A stretch of DNA of 63,748 bases, filler included, from Folioceros fuciformis (taxonomy: Eukaryota): assembly GCA_049999805.1 (NCBI GenBank). It is 6 parts of 5 records of this genome, joined end to end, with 100 filler letters (N's around TTAATTAATTAA, not from the genome) between each part and the next. Parts side by side here need not be neighbours in the genome. Positions count along the whole stretch, not along the records: positions 43,825 to 57,319 come from JBNGIO010005650.1; positions 57,420 to 61,797 come from JBNGIO010005652.1; 4 more parts are not named here. One strand, 5' to 3'. The translations under genes were made by a program, and so were the position numbers. A model generated the notes under the pieces. The model was not told the DNA's origin. It saw only the letters and a program-made list of their open reading frames with translations, and searched no databases. This document shows, one piece after another, positions 47,788-60,600 of this stretch; within the stretch, counting starts at the first letter, position 1; each line of letters starts with the position of its first letter.

Positions 47788-48468
47788 ATGGCTGCAGGTG
47801 GAGAGCCTAATGGAGTAGCAGCGGAAGACGATCTCTCGAGATCGATAAGCAGGAGTCTAGGGACTCCAAGGCGCGCGCCTGCACGTTTGCCCTAATTTGG
47901 CTCCCGTGTTTATTGTGGATGTATGTGCTTGAGCCATTTTACGATTAGGGTTTAGCACGGACTGTCGCTGGGCCTTGTCGTGTCGTGGGTTTCTGGTCTC
48001 GAACTCTCCAGTGCTGTGTGCGCGGATCCCGCATCCGCGCACTGGACAATGTCAGCACAGGTGGAGGAAGAAGAAGGTCCAGTGGATATGGACACAGACT
48101 CCGTGTCGGAAGGAAGTCCGGATTCTGCTGAGCCCTTCCTACGTACACGCGGGGTGCCCTTAGACAAGAAGGTTCTGAGCCGCAAGGAGATGCGCAAGCT
48201 GGTGGACTCTGATGTGTTGGAGATGAAGGCGTCGCATTCTCCGCTAGGTTATGTTTACTTTGGCTACCCGTCGTGTGAGGTTGTGGTGCAACCGGACCGC
48301 CATGGACGAGGAGATGCTGTGGTGTGCCGGGGGCTCGACCCCTCACTTTGCGATCACATCTTCATATGTAAGGGCAAGAGGTACTTCAGGTCGCGCTTGT
48401 CGTATTACGGAGTGGCTCGCATTTCTGACAATCAGGTTTTATCAGTCTTCGGGTCTTACCCCGAGTAG
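47788..48468 (+). CDS. Hypothetical protein (~180 aa)
   Basis: ORF 47980-48468. A possible first exon 47788-47870 joins in frame through a GC-AG intron (47871-48011). Acidic N-terminal half, aromatic beta-rich C-terminal half. Confidence 0.5.
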
Positions 48469-49033
48469 GTGAGCTTGCTTTTGCAAAGGCACGACCACCA
48501 CGACTGTGTACCCTTTTTCCTATTAAGTGGCCCCTGTTGTCACCTCTTCTGATTCTTGTACAAGGGAGTGTAGGAGTGTAGTTCATCTACGTACTTCATC
48601 TAAGACAGTGGAACAGTGGGAAATATGTCGTTGTTCAACACTAGTGCGTCCCTCCTAACGATGCAACATTAGACCCTTGTCCAACGCAAACGTGTGTTCG
48701 GTGGATGACGGATAGGTAGGGCATGCAAACCTCGCAAAGCAGGGGATTTGTAGCTTCTCTTGAACTCGTGCCTCGTCTGCGACGTGAATCCCTCGCTGGG
48801 ACGTCTGCGAGGGAGGACAACTTGCTTGCGAAGAAAATCATGTGCTGACACATTCAATGCAAGCAAGTAACGTGTTTGTTGAACAATCGGGTGCATACGC
48901 TGTCTTCACTCGCTTCCTCAATTCTGCAGTCGCCCTCTATCTGCTGTGGGAAGCTCCATATTACACTTGCAAAACTGCACAGACCCATCAGGCCGGGGGA
49001 CCTCGTCAGCGTTTTCGGCGCACGCATGGTTGG

Positions 49034-52000
49034 TTACGTCGTCTTGAACTTCTGTGCTATCTTCTCTGCTTCCTGTTTCAGTCCGTATGCCAGTTTCCTC
49101 GTGCCCTGAGACACACAAGTCGAAACTCCAGTCGCCGCGGATGTGGCTCCCCGATGCAGCTCCTGTGCCTTCACTGAGGCCAATGACAATACGCCTTGCC
49201 TCCCCTTGTCAGTAGCATCTGCCAATTGAGATATGCTGTGAGACACGTCTGCTCTCAGCTTCGCAAGGATATTTCGCAAGGCCTGGACCACTCGCCGTAT
49301 CAAGTCCAACAACCTGGCTCGACTAGCGTTCACAAAATCTACCACTCCGTCCCGGACCTGTTGAACAAAATTCCGGTCACCTGTGTCAACGGTGGCAGAA
49401 GCAGTCTGCTCGGATTCAACACCAATGATCATTTCGGAATACGTCCACGTTTGCTCTGGGATGTTTTCTTCAGCGAGTTTGTCATCCACAGTCACTTCGA
49501 TTCCCTGACTTTCCCACCGTTTCCTTGCCTCCTCGAGCACCTTCGAATGGGTCCTCGCATTCCTGGCCTCTTGTTCTGCCCACTGTCTAGCCAGCATGAG
49601 GGCCTGCTTCTCCACATCAAGCTGGTTCTTCAAGTTTTCCACTGCCTCTCTCTCTTGTTCCACTGCAACCCAAGACTTCCCGGCCCTATCCTTCTCAAAA
49701 GACAATTCCACTCTGAGAGCTGCAAGGGCTTGCAGCTCCTGCTCAAGTTCTCGCCGATATTCTGCGATCACCTCTTTCTCCGCATCTACAAGAGCCTGCT
49801 CCCGTAGCACCGAGTACTTCTCTTGCTCCCTATCAAGTTTCAGACTTTCCAGCTGCGATTGAAGAGTCTCAGCTAGTGACAGTGCCTGGACCTTGCCCTG
49901 CCTCTCCAACTCCACCATTTCCTTCAGTGCTGCATCAACCTCCTGGAAAACTCGGGCTTCCATTTCCACTTCCGCTCGAACCGCTTGTTCCGCTATCTTC
50001 TCGGCTTGCAGCCTAGCTGATTCATCTGCCACTAGCGCTGACGCCTCACCGAGTACAAGAGCAACTGCTGCTTGTCCTTTCGTGGTAGGCTTACTGGGGT
50101 GAAACCTTCTCGTGTACCCAAACGCTGTGGCTATGATGCTGTCCTCTCCCGCTGAGAGATCAGCAAAAACAGCTGGCCAGGCATCCTCATGTATACGGTC
50201 GATGTCAATGAAGCCAGATTTTGTTTGCAATGATTGCCTGTCCACTTTCTGAAGTCCTCCATCCAGAGACAGCTTCCACGACAACAGATCCTGTCGAGAG
50301 AGTGGATCATCAGGTGCAAAGTACACACCACCATCCTCTGCACCTTCCAAGTCCTCCTGGCTCAACCTGCTAGCAATAAGTCCCGCTTCTGCCAGACCCT
50401 GAATGGATGGGAAATCCGGGTCCTCGGGAGTCACATCATCGAAAGCAAGTTCTGTCACATTCTGAATATACATAGCTGGAAACACTTTTCGAGACGAGCT
50501 CTTGGCCAAAATATTGCTAGCATTTATAAGCCAGCGTGCATACTCTCGCCGCGTGCAGATGTTACCACCTTCAACGCCTGTTTCTATCACCTTGAGGGCC
50601 TGTAGAACTGCCAAAGCCTGCTCTTGCACTTGATCAACCACCGCGGGGATGACTACTTTCCCAGGGCTCACTCGCGCCGCTGTAGAAGGAGTGGATGGAG
50701 CCGGTATGCCAAAAGATCCGAACCTCACAGAGTCAGAGTGGAGTGATTTTGTATTCAAAGGGTAAGGTTCAGCAGCAGTAACCTCCCCAGGCACAGAGAT
50801 GTGTTCATCAGGCTCAGCAGGAACTCCCAAAGACACGGTGGGCTCTGTGGCAAGGGCCGGTGGCACTATCGGCTCGACCTGGGACGACGCCGCAACGGCT
50901 TCAGACAAGACAAGACCCGCCAAGTTGACTGCCTCTATAGACATGGGAATCCAGGAGGTTGTTGCCAAGTCCTGACTAGTCTCATCAAGGGGACTTGATG
51001 AAGACTCCACGACACCAGTACTACTTGGTGAAGACAACGGCACGGACGCCACCCTCGTGGCAGTCGCCTCCTCAAGGAATCCTGGCTGGCCCATACCGTT
51101 GGTGGTGGAAGGAGGGGGCGAAGGATCAAAGTCGCCACTAGACACTAGAGACGATTCCACGCAGAAATCGTCCAGCCCGGGGTCAGACGGAAGCCTAGCA
51201 CTGGCAGCAGCAGCGGAGGAGATAGCAACCGACTCTAAGGCCAAGTTCTGAACAACATTTCCAGATTCCAAGACTGTTGATCCCGTAGCTGGTACTGCAG
51301 TGATGACAACTTCTTGTGTGAGGACGCTGAACTCCTCGGAAAGGCCCTCTGAAGCAGCAGATTGCTCCGACTGAGACGAGGAAGGCACCGCCCCCTCCCC
51401 CTGGTTGGAAGCAGGTGGTTGGCCCTCTTCAGCAGACAAGAGAAGTGTATCAGCCCCATGTCCCTCCACCACGTCAGAAGGCTCGGAACCTTCATCGGGA
51501 GCTACATTCTCGGGGATGGAATCTTGGCCAAGACCTAACTCGGTGTCATAGGGCAGCGGAGCAGCAGATACAACAGCACCATCACCATGCCACTCTGCAA
51601 CCTCCTCATGCGGATAAGAGACCTGACCTGGCACAGCCTTCTGTTGGAACTTGTCTCGATCCTCCGCATCATCCACTGCAACTGCATGCCCATCCGGGCC
51701 CTGCCCCGCCGCCGGCTCAGCCACAGCTACAGCCTCGGCCTGCTTCCGTTCCTTCCCGACCCCGACAAACCCTGGCGAATCGTGCTCCACTGCCGCTCCC
51801 GCATCCACTTCCAACAGCACGGCCTGCGCAACAGCTGCTGCAGGATCAACAGCCTCCCGCACACCTCCTCCTCCTCCACGCCTGCCATACGCTGTGTGAG
51901 TCACGAGAGAAAACCCCAAGGCCAGCGCCAAACCCGCCCCGATCTGCAGCACTCCTGTCCAGTAGTCCGTCTCGGACTTGGAGTCCAGAGTATCCCAGCC

Positions 52001-52222
52001 GGCGTAGGGCTCGGATGAGGATGCCCCCTTCCTGGCGCTGTCGCTGGCCGACACCTCCACACTCTGCTGAGCATGAGCCTCGCACTGGACGCACACTCGT
52101 CGCACCCGTCCCCTGGCCGTCAGAGGCCCCGGTCCCAGCCCCAGCCCCAGGGGTTGGGACCCCTGGCCATGGCCAGTCCACAACGGCAGCGACAGGCACG
52201 TCAATCTGATAGCGCACGCCAT
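49034..52222 (-). CDS. Plastid envelope S-layer-homology (SLH) domain / coiled-coil protein (At5g23890/At5g52410-like)
   Basis: Single ORF, first ATG at 52222. Transit-peptide-like start, one TM segment, acidic linker, conserved core CTRREYARWL...ELAFDDVTPEDPDFPSIQGLAEAGLI...FAPDDPLSRQDLLSWK, C-terminal coiled coil. Confidence 0.92.
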   Translation of the reverse strand: MACAIRLTCLSLPLWTGHGQGSQPLGLGLGPGPLTARGRVRRVCVQCEAHAQQSVEVSASDSARKGASSSEPYAGWDTLDSKSETDYWTGVLQIGAGLALALGFSLVTHTAYGRRGGGGGVREAVDPAAAVAQAVLLEVDAGAAVEHDSPGFVGVGKERKQAEAVAVAEPAAGQGPDGHAVAVDDAEDRDKFQQKAVPGQVSYPHEEVAEWHGDGAVVSAAPLPYDTELGLGQDSIPENVAPDEGSEPSDVVEGHGADTLLLSAEEGQPPASNQGEGAVPSSSQSEQSAASEGLSEEFSVLTQEVVITAVPATGSTVLESGNVVQNLALESVAISSAAAASARLPSDPGLDDFCVESSLVSSGDFDPSPPPSTTNGMGQPGFLEEATATRVASVPLSSPSSTGVVESSSSPLDETSQDLATTSWIPMSIEAVNLAGLVLSEAVAASSQVEPIVPPALATEPTVSLGVPAEPDEHISVPGEVTAAEPYPLNTKSLHSDSVRFGSFGIPAPSTPSTAARVSPGKVVIPAVVDQVQEQALAVLQALKVIETGVEGGNICTRREYARWLINASNILAKSSSRKVFPAMYIQNVTELAFDDVTPEDPDFPSIQGLAEAGLIASRLSQEDLEGAEDGGVYFAPDDPLSRQDLLSWKLSLDGGLQKVDRQSLQTKSGFIDIDRIHEDAWPAVFADLSAGEDSIIATAFGYTRRFHPSKPTTKGQAAVALVLGEASALVADESARLQAEKIAEQAVRAEVEMEARVFQEVDAALKEMVELERQGKVQALSLAETLQSQLESLKLDREQEKYSVLREQALVDAEKEVIAEYRRELEQELQALAALRVELSFEKDRAGKSWVAVEQEREAVENLKNQLDVEKQALMLARQWAEQEARNARTHSKVLEEARKRWESQGIEVTVDDKLAEENIPEQTWTYSEMIIGVESEQTASATVDTGDRNFVQQVRDGVVDFVNASRARLLDLIRRVVQALRNILAKLRADVSHSISQLADATDKGRQGVLSLASVKAQELHRGATSAATGVSTCVSQGTRKLAYGLKQEAEKIAQKFKTT

Positions 52223-53739
52223 GGACTCAAGCTCTCCCGCGTCCCGCTGCTGCCCTTCTTGCAGATGCCGCCTCCCTTGCAAATCACTCACGAGACCCTA
52301 GCCTACCCGGCCGCGCGCGCCATGCATTCGATGGCGCCCCAGCTTCATCACACAGCCAGCATCGATCGATATCGAATCTCCACCCTCCGCTGCCACCGCC
52401 AACGCACGGCCGGTGTCCGGACCGGACAAATGGCGATCTCGACAGATGGCTGACCACCAGCCTTTCATACTTCCCGCACGGTATTCTTCTCACGCTTGTT
52501 CTTATGCTTTCCGCCCATCCAACTATTTTGGACCTTACCTTTCACATATCTTGATCATCTACTGCGCACCTATCTAGCTCTCTCACCACCACTTATTTAT
52601 CTGTCGTGTAATTAGCTCTAAATTTCTTTTCTTATTCCTTTTTTCTTTCCGAGTTACAGGTACATATTCAGACAAAATGAGAAGAACACATCCGTCATAC
52701 AAACCGAGGCTCCGAAAAGCTCAAGGTGTCCGAACGGATAACCCCAAGAACCATCAGCTACGTGCGCACAACCGGAACTCCCGCAGGCCCTACCCGTCCA
52801 CACCACCGACAAAAACAGAAATACCTATTTGTACCCCCTTCCCCCTTCGCTCTTTCCTTGTCCTCGTTAGGGAAGTAAGTTAAAGCGCCCAATACTCCGG
52901 AGGCAGCAATACACAATGCAAACCAACTAGTCAAACACGATGTACACTAATATGTTTTACTTCATTCCACATGTAACCAAAGCTCAAGTTAATAGCTGCC
53001 CCACATCCAAACAAAGAATGCTTCCATGCCTGTCTTGAGGTCAAACATATTGCAATGTCCTCCCACACCAACACCGTGACAAACATTTGATCTGGTTAGT
53101 TGACATGATCTACCAAGTAATGCTATCAAAATGCACCCTATTTGGCTAATTGGCACAATCCACCATAGGAGGCTTTCAAAATGCACTCTATTTGGCTAGT
53201 TAGCATGATCCATAGGTTGACATTTGTTTTTGTTTGTTTATCTGTTTTTTTTTTTTTTGTGCACACTAATTACTATCATTGACCTCCGGTTGTTGATGTC
53301 GCAACTTGGCACCTGTCTCTAGCTTCGCTGGCCTACAAGGCTATTGGCTTCCTTCCCTCCAGCAACCTTCAATCCTACCGAGACCCAATGCTAAGTTCCT
53401 TGTTTTTTTTCCTTTTCTCTAGTTTGATGGGGCCAACATGTCCCCGTCTATTGCTTTGTTGTTGACCTTGCCTAATACTAAGTGCACCTAGGTCTACAAT
53501 GGCTCCAAGCTCATGTTTAAGGAGGCCCGAAATCTAAAGCGGCAAGTTAAAGCTCAATAACAGCAGGCTTCGTAGATCGATGCCTTGCTGAAGGACACAT
53601 CCACCTTTCCATGCCAGGCATTGGAACTAGCATGATAACTATGGTCAATTTTGAAGTAATCGCGGCTGACAATGTACAAACGAAGCCCTCCCAGGGACCC
53701 CAGATTGTACATTCTAGTCTGGCCAAATTCAGCTAGACC

Positions 53740-54207
53740 TATCCGGAGCATGCGGAGGTTGTAAAGTGGCATGATGATGGTGCCGTTGTATATGTTGCTT
53801 TGCTTCCCTATGACACCGAGTTAGGTCTTGGACAAGATTCCAACCTTGAGAATGTAGCTCTCGATGTAGGTTTCAAGCCTTCTGACGTGGTGGAGGGACA
53901 TGGGGCTGATACATTTGTCTTGTTTGTTCAAGAGGACCAACCACCTACTACCAACCAGGCGGCGGGGGGCAACGCCTTCCTCGTCCCATTGGAAGCAATT
54001 TGCTGCTCCATAGGGCGTTTTCGAGGAGTTCAGCATCCTCACTTAAGAAGTTGTCATCATCGCAGTACCAACTACAGGATCATCAGTCTTGGAATCTGGA
54101 AAAGGTTTTCAAAACTTGGCCTTAGAGTCGGTAGCTATCTCCTCCACTATTGCTACCAATGCTAGGCTTTCAATTGAGCCCGTGCTAGACGATTTCTAGG
54201 TGGAATC
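53740..54207 (+). pseudogene. Inverted, degenerate partial copy of the SLH gene (~51152-51616)
   Basis: LPYDTELGLGQDS..ENVA.D.G..PSDVVEGHGADT matches the gene, and nucleotide similarity extends ~465 bp with frameshifts. Confidence 0.93.
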
Positions 54208-55573
54208 CCTACTCCCTAAGCCCCTCCCTTCAGGAGCCTCCCTTTGGGAATGAATGGCTGCCCTCCCGATCATGATTTAGGGCAAGGAGTCTCCTCCCGA
54301 ACTCACTTTGACTGTGCTGACACCTACTGCCATACCTTCGAGCACACTAACTAACACAGCTACTGCCACTCCTTCAAGCCATTAAGCCAAGCTAGTTGTC
54401 ATGCCGTCTAGGACGCCGCCAAGCTAGCGAAAATCAAGATTCGTGGACAGTCAGATAACCAAGGGGATAGGATAGTAGACTTTTTTTTTGCTTTAATGAC
54501 TTTTGGCCAGACTCTAGGTCCAGTGCCTAATAGAAATTTTGGCTCCCTCTCTCAGGGGGTGCCACTCTCCCATTGTGTTAACCAATGTTGCAGGCTATGC
54601 TCGTATCATGTTCTAGTTCCCTCGGTTGTATCTCTTTTCAATGAAGAATTTTTGTCAGTCCCCCTCTGCTTCCTCCTCATGATAGTTTGAGTTCGGAGGA
54701 GAAGGCTGGTACATCTCCAATCACAAGCACGTGATCCGCTATAGGAGCTACTTAGATTGCTCGACATTTGCAGGACAAACCCTGGTCCGCTATCTACACC
54801 GACCTCGAGTAGTTTTGCCCCTCGCCGTTCTTGTCGCTGCTCTTCATTCCAACCTAATCTATCTCACGTGCCTTCCCACTTGTCTGCCCATAGTTCGCAC
54901 GTAGGAACAATGACCCCCCTACCTTTGTTCCCGTCTCATAAACTCCTTCTCCTTTCCCAAGACTAATCTCGTTGTCCTCCCACGTCCACTTCCACTACTC
55001 ACTACAACTGTCCTACTCATGGACCTCCACGGCCATCTTATGGTGGGTCTAATGGTCCGTTCAAGCACTCTGGACCCCCAATTTCCTCCCTCTTTCTACC
55101 TACTTCCTTTGCTTCAAAGATAATCTACGACTTAAGGATCGGCAGGGCGCTCCACCCACTTGACTGGGACTCGAACCTTCCTTGGGTGGCCCGGACCTTG
55201 AGATCTACTATTGTTTCATTTAAGAGGTCTAGACCTTGGCTTCTTATTTCCCTATTGTCTATGCCTGATTTGTCTTCTACAACACACACCCTCTCCCTCT
55301 TCCATGGGCACTAATTTCACATGGGTGACATATGTACAGCTGCTACTCGTGAGCATTTCATCAATTAATGCTTAGCCGTCTTCTAGTACAAAGGCTTTAG
55401 GCACATTTGTGGTCAATTCATCATCCTTGTCCATTTCATCACCCTTGACAATTTGTGACAACATAACCCCATCTGCCTAATTAGTTGTCATTGCGGTCAC
55501 TTTGAGCATTTCACCACTAGTTGCAACCTCTCCTAAGGGACCCACATCGCCACCCAATGCCACTGACATGATG

Positions 55574-56440
55574 TGCTAGGTATAGATAGCGTATGCAAAA
55601 CACAAAACAACAATGAATAAAATTATTGAATAAAATTGTGTCTTATATAATTGTATGCTAATGTAATCTAAAGGTATGGTCAACTAACCTTGTGAGGTTA
55701 ACTAATTGTGGTTAAGTACTTACCCTAACACCCCCTCTTAACCGAACACAGTTAACCAGGAGATGTAAGTGCAACTAAGCGCATGCAAGCATCGTGATTG
55801 CCACTTGAACTGCTGAAGGAAAGATAGAGCAGGGGCACGTGGAGATTGTGAGATTCTAGCTAAAATAGGGATAAGTATCCCCCTCACCCTCACCATTATG
55901 TGCATCGCGATGGCTTCAAGTGTAGCTCAATCCAACAACATGGTGCGCAAGCATAACAGATCGAAGTTGTAATGTACATTATAGATTGGCGGACAGAAGA
56001 AGTCTTGCGATTGTACCTCCCAGCACCACAACAAACCGAACATACACTCAGTCTCTGTGAACTCCTTTCCTGCAAGACTGTCATGGATTTGCAAAATCCC
56101 CCCTACCATGGCATCGCTATGTCCACTCTGTCTAAACGATCCTTTAACTTAGACCACACTTCCTCGGTGAGCGCCTCGTGGGGCTTCAAATCGACATCCC
56201 CAAATCCTGCAACTGGCTTGTCGGAGTGCACAACATCATAAAAAGAGCAAATAGCTCCGATAGTCCTAGTCTTCCACATAATGTCCCAAAAACCCGAGGG
56301 GTAGCTAGTACAAACGTTTTTGCCACAACCTCTTTGGAATTCCGCCCCTTGTACACCAGATTGTGGGCGAACAAATCTCGAGATGCGAATTCTGGTAACA
56401 TCTACGCTTCTGCTGCCTGGTTGTATGTGGTGTACCACAT
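55574..56440 (-). mobile_element. 3' LTR, PPT and 3' internal region of a Copia-like element
   Basis: The minus strand reads GGTTAAGAGGGGG|TGTTAGGG at 55742-55722, nearly the same as the PPT/LTR junction of element B. LTR is ~55574-55729. Confidence 0.65.
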
Positions 56441-56444
56441 GACG

Positions 56445-56841
56445 TCCTAAGGGCAAGAAGGTGTTGCCATGCAAATGGGTGTATAAGATGAAGAACATAC
56501 CCCATTATGGCAAACCCAAGTACAAGGCACAATTGGTTGCTAAGGGTTTTAAGCAACAGCAAGGTATTGACTTTGATGAGATTTTCTCACCAGTTGTCAA
56601 AATGACCACCTTGCGATGTGTCCTTGGTCTAGTTGCGAGGCACGACATGGAACTTATCCAGATGGATGTGAAGTCGCCATTTCTACATAGTGATCTCCAG
56701 GAAGAGGTATACATGCAGCAACCAGAAGGTTTCATTGAGAAGGACAAAGAGAGACTGGTGTGCAGGTTAAAGAAGAGCCTTTATGGTTTGAAGCAGGCAC
56801 CCAGGTAGTGGTATTTAAAATTCCACTCGTTTATGCTTTCT
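56445..56841 (+). pseudogene. Copia reverse transcriptase fragment, cut by an LTR-like insertion at ~56842
   Basis: CKWVYK...KAQLVAKGF...QMDVKSPFLHSDL...KKSLYGLKQAPR. Confidence 0.9.
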
Positions 56842-57319
56842 TGTGGAGGCAAAACCCCGGGCACCGATTGCCAATGGGTTCCACCTTTAGTGGCCACACT
56901 TATCCCACTGTCGTTGAGACATTGGGTTTCGTTCCCACGAAGGAGCGATGGGGTTCCTTGCTGCTGTGGATGGAGAGACGGACTTATCAACTCGATGATG
57001 GATTCGAGGGCTCCCCTCCAGCTTCGATCAGGCGTAGGACAGGCCTCGCTGTCCGGCGGTCGGCTGCACCTTTCTTGGTGCCCACAAACTCACTCTAGTC
57101 ACTACAACGACCCTAACCTCTTAGATCTGCAACTTCCCTCACTCACTTCACTCACTCTCACTCCAGCACCAACACCAGCAACTAACAATGACACCACTAC
57201 CTTCTACACTTCCCTACTGACTCCTCCTACCCGGCAAGAGTCACTAGACTAACCCCAAAGAAAAGAAAGAAGGGAACACACTCCCCTCTTGGATATCTTC
57301 CCCCCACAACCTTACCAGA

Positions 57320-57419
57320 NNNNNNNNNNNNNNNNNNNNNNNNNNNNNNNNNNNNNNNNNNNNTTAATTAATTAANNNNNNNNNNNNNNNNNNNNNNNNN
57401 NNNNNNNNNNNNNNNNNNN
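57320..57419. other. Artificial contig linker
   Basis: N44-TTAATTAATTAA-N44. Confidence 0.98.
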
Positions 57420-57628
57420 GTAGGAGAGTCGTCTGGTGGGAGAAGTAAGGGGGCTGGGTAAGGACCGAGCACTGGACGTGTGTGCGTGGGTCAGTCGAGT
57501 TTAGGTGCTAATTGACTTTAGAAGCTAACCTGTGTAGTTTAACACGAATCATTCCCTTGGGATTGAATCCCAGAGCTACAACGACATAGATGGCTTGTGT
57601 GGAACTCGCGGTACCCCCGGGTACCATA

Positions 57629-60600
57629 TTTTAACCCCACAGAGAGCTGCAGCACCTGAAGCCAACATAGTGGCAAAGAAGGAGAAGTCAGCTTCCCCGT
57701 CAGTCCTTCTAGTTCAGTCCACTCCCAGCACTAAATATGTTTGCGAGCACAAGTCGTTACAAAACAATACAGAGTCTAAGAAACCACGAGTCTCACCACA
57801 TGCACTGACTGTATGCTTGTCAACTACTGTAACACATCAGTCATTCTGGTATGTAGACTTGGGGGCCACCGCACACATTTGCCACGACAGATCGGTTTTC
57901 TCTGGTTACACCGCACACAGTATTGGTCAAAACGTTGTATTAGGTGACGATAGTGAACTACCAATTAAAGGGGTAGGCACTGTGCACTTACGCCTGCAAA
58001 ATGGGGGCACACTCTCACTCCAAAACGTCCTTCACATTCCCACAATCACGAAAAATCTGCTGTCGGTGTCTCAGCTTACACAAAACCACAGTTATGAGAT
58101 TACCTTCCGCGGGTCCATGTGTGTCATTCGAGTGTCAGGCAAGACTGTTGCCTTAGGGAAGCTAGTCCATGATCTCTTTATGCTGGATGTTATGAGTATT
58201 CCTGCACCATCTGCCCAGGTTGCTGGAGGTAGTTCACATGTAACAGATTCAGAGGTTACAAAAATCTGGCGTATGCGATTCGGGCATCCCAACCCTCGCA
58301 AGTTGCAGGACATGACTAAGCAGGACCTGTATGCAGATGGTGTACCATCTAATTTAAGTCCCTTACCTTTTTGTGAAGAGTGTGTATATGGGAAGCTTCC
58401 ACGAGCTCCATATCCAAAAGGAGGTGGCACTAGGGCGACAAAGGTATTGCAGCTGGTCCATGCGGACCTATGTGGACCAGTGTCCTCACCCTCACTCGGT
58501 GGAGGCCTTTACTTCTTGACCTTCATCGACGATTACAGCAGATATTCATATGTTTACATCCTCAAACTGAAAAGTGAAGCATTTGAATATTTTAAGGAAT
58601 ACAAAACCTTGGCAGAACAGCAGACTGGAAAGAAGTTGCGTTGCTTACGCACTGATAATGGTAAGGAGTTTGACTCGAATGCCTTCAATTCTTACTGCAA
58701 GTCCTTGGGCATTGCTCGTTAATTTACTGTCCCTTACAGTTCTTCATAGAATGGGGTAGCAGAAAGACGGAATCGTTCTGCACAGAATGTTGCTCGAAGC
58801 ATGCTCAAACAGGCTGGATTAGCGTTGGCATATTGGGGTGAGGCCATCACAACAGCAAACTACTTGTACAATAGGCTGCCCGGCAAGTCTACTAATGGCA
58901 AAACCCCATATGAGCTCTGGTGTGGACGCAAGCCTTCAGTGCAGCATTTGCGTGCTTTTGGGTCTCCGGCTTATGCATATGTTCCTAAAGAAAAACGCAC
59001 CCATCAGAAGCTGTCAGACCGTGCAGAGAAGTTGTTGTTCATTGGATACACTGAAGGTGTCAAGGCATATAAGTTGATCAATCCAGTCACTTACCAGGTG
59101 CAGCATGCCCATACTGTCATCTTTGATGAAGCATCGTTATTGAGTTCTTCTGTTCCTGCATCTGTACCCCTCGATCTCTCCTTCGAGTCTGAAGACCCAC
59201 CTGGCGAGCTTGCAGTCTTTGATATGTCCCCTCACAGCATATCTCTGCCTGCTGAAAGTCATGACATTTCACATGAAGAGGAAGTTCTGGAAAATCAAGA
59301 TGCCGTTCTTGAAAAACAGTCACATGAAAATCATGACGTACCTGAAGTACTTGCTGACATGCAAGCGGATGTGGATCCAGCATCAGCACCTAAACCAGAA
59401 CCTGAACTTGTTCAAGTTCCAGCTTCAAGTTCTCGTCCTCAGCGTACTCGAGCTGCCCCAGTGCTGTACGACCCTGCACAATGGACTACACGGCGCAGTC
59501 ATACAGATTGGGCTACTAGTGAAGTTACTACCAGCGTACCTACTATTCCTGATCCAGTGGGGGACCCTTCGGAGGAGCCGGTATCAGCTCTTGTAGCAGC
59601 ACTCCAGAATCTCTCTCCAGTCTCATTCACGGTGGAAGAAATTCAGGCTTTGGCTATTGCAACCCCGAATCCTGCTGATCCTGTAAGCAGAAAGAAGCAT
59701 TCAGTGGACCTGATGTTGCTCACTGGAAAAAGGGAGTGCAGGAGGAATACGACTCACTTATAGAAAATGGGACATGGTCTCTTGAGCCGTTGCCTCGTGG
59801 ACGCCTTGCCATATCCAACAAGTGGGTGTTCAAGACCAAGTATAACCAAGATGGGTCCATTGGACGCTATAAGGCAAGGCTCTTTGTGCGAGGATTCTCT
59901 CAGAAGCATGGGGAGGACTACTTCGAGACTTTCGCCCCTGTAGTTAAGTTCCCAACCTTGCGCTTGGTGTTGGCACTTGCAGCCCACAGTAACCTTGATG
60001 TCCACCAAATGGACGTAAAAACTGCATTTTTGCATGGTAAGTTGGAGGAAGGAATTTACATGGCACAACCTAAGGGGTACGTACAACTTGGACAGGAACA
60101 CCTGGTCTGTAAGCTGCATAAGACCATTTACGGTCTCAAACAAAGCCCTCGGGCTTGGCATACTAGGATCGACCAGTTTCTGGTCAAGTGTGGATTTATA
60201 AGGGGGACAGCAGATTCTAACTTGTATATTCTAAGAAAGAAAGAAGTTTACCTACTGCTGCTGGTTTACGTCGATGACTTAATCATGGCTGCTTCCACTG
60301 GACCCAATAACCTGCTGAAAGTGGTCAAGAATATGCTAAGGTCAGAATTTGACATGACTGATGTAGGCGAGTTGAAATTTTGCCTTGGCGTTGAGGTGAC
60401 TCGAGACAGGAAGGCCGGGACACTTACTTTATCACATAAGAAGTATATTGGAGACAGTCTTCGGCGCTTCCATCTCTTCAAGGCACATGGAACAAACACA
60501 CCATTGACAGCTGGGGTTAAGTTGACCAAGGATCAAGCAGCCACAACCAATGCAGACATGCAAGAGATGAGCAAGATCCCCTACAAACAAGCAGTTGGGA

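Noticed and set aside
49196-52453. Long + strand ORFs overlapping the SLH gene
   Set aside because: GC-rich antisense shadows with no recognisable domain.
55898-56450. Possible fourth antisense accessory ORF next to the Copia-like PPT at 55730
   Set aside because: The position fits, but every frame is broken and none of the shared motifs is visible.
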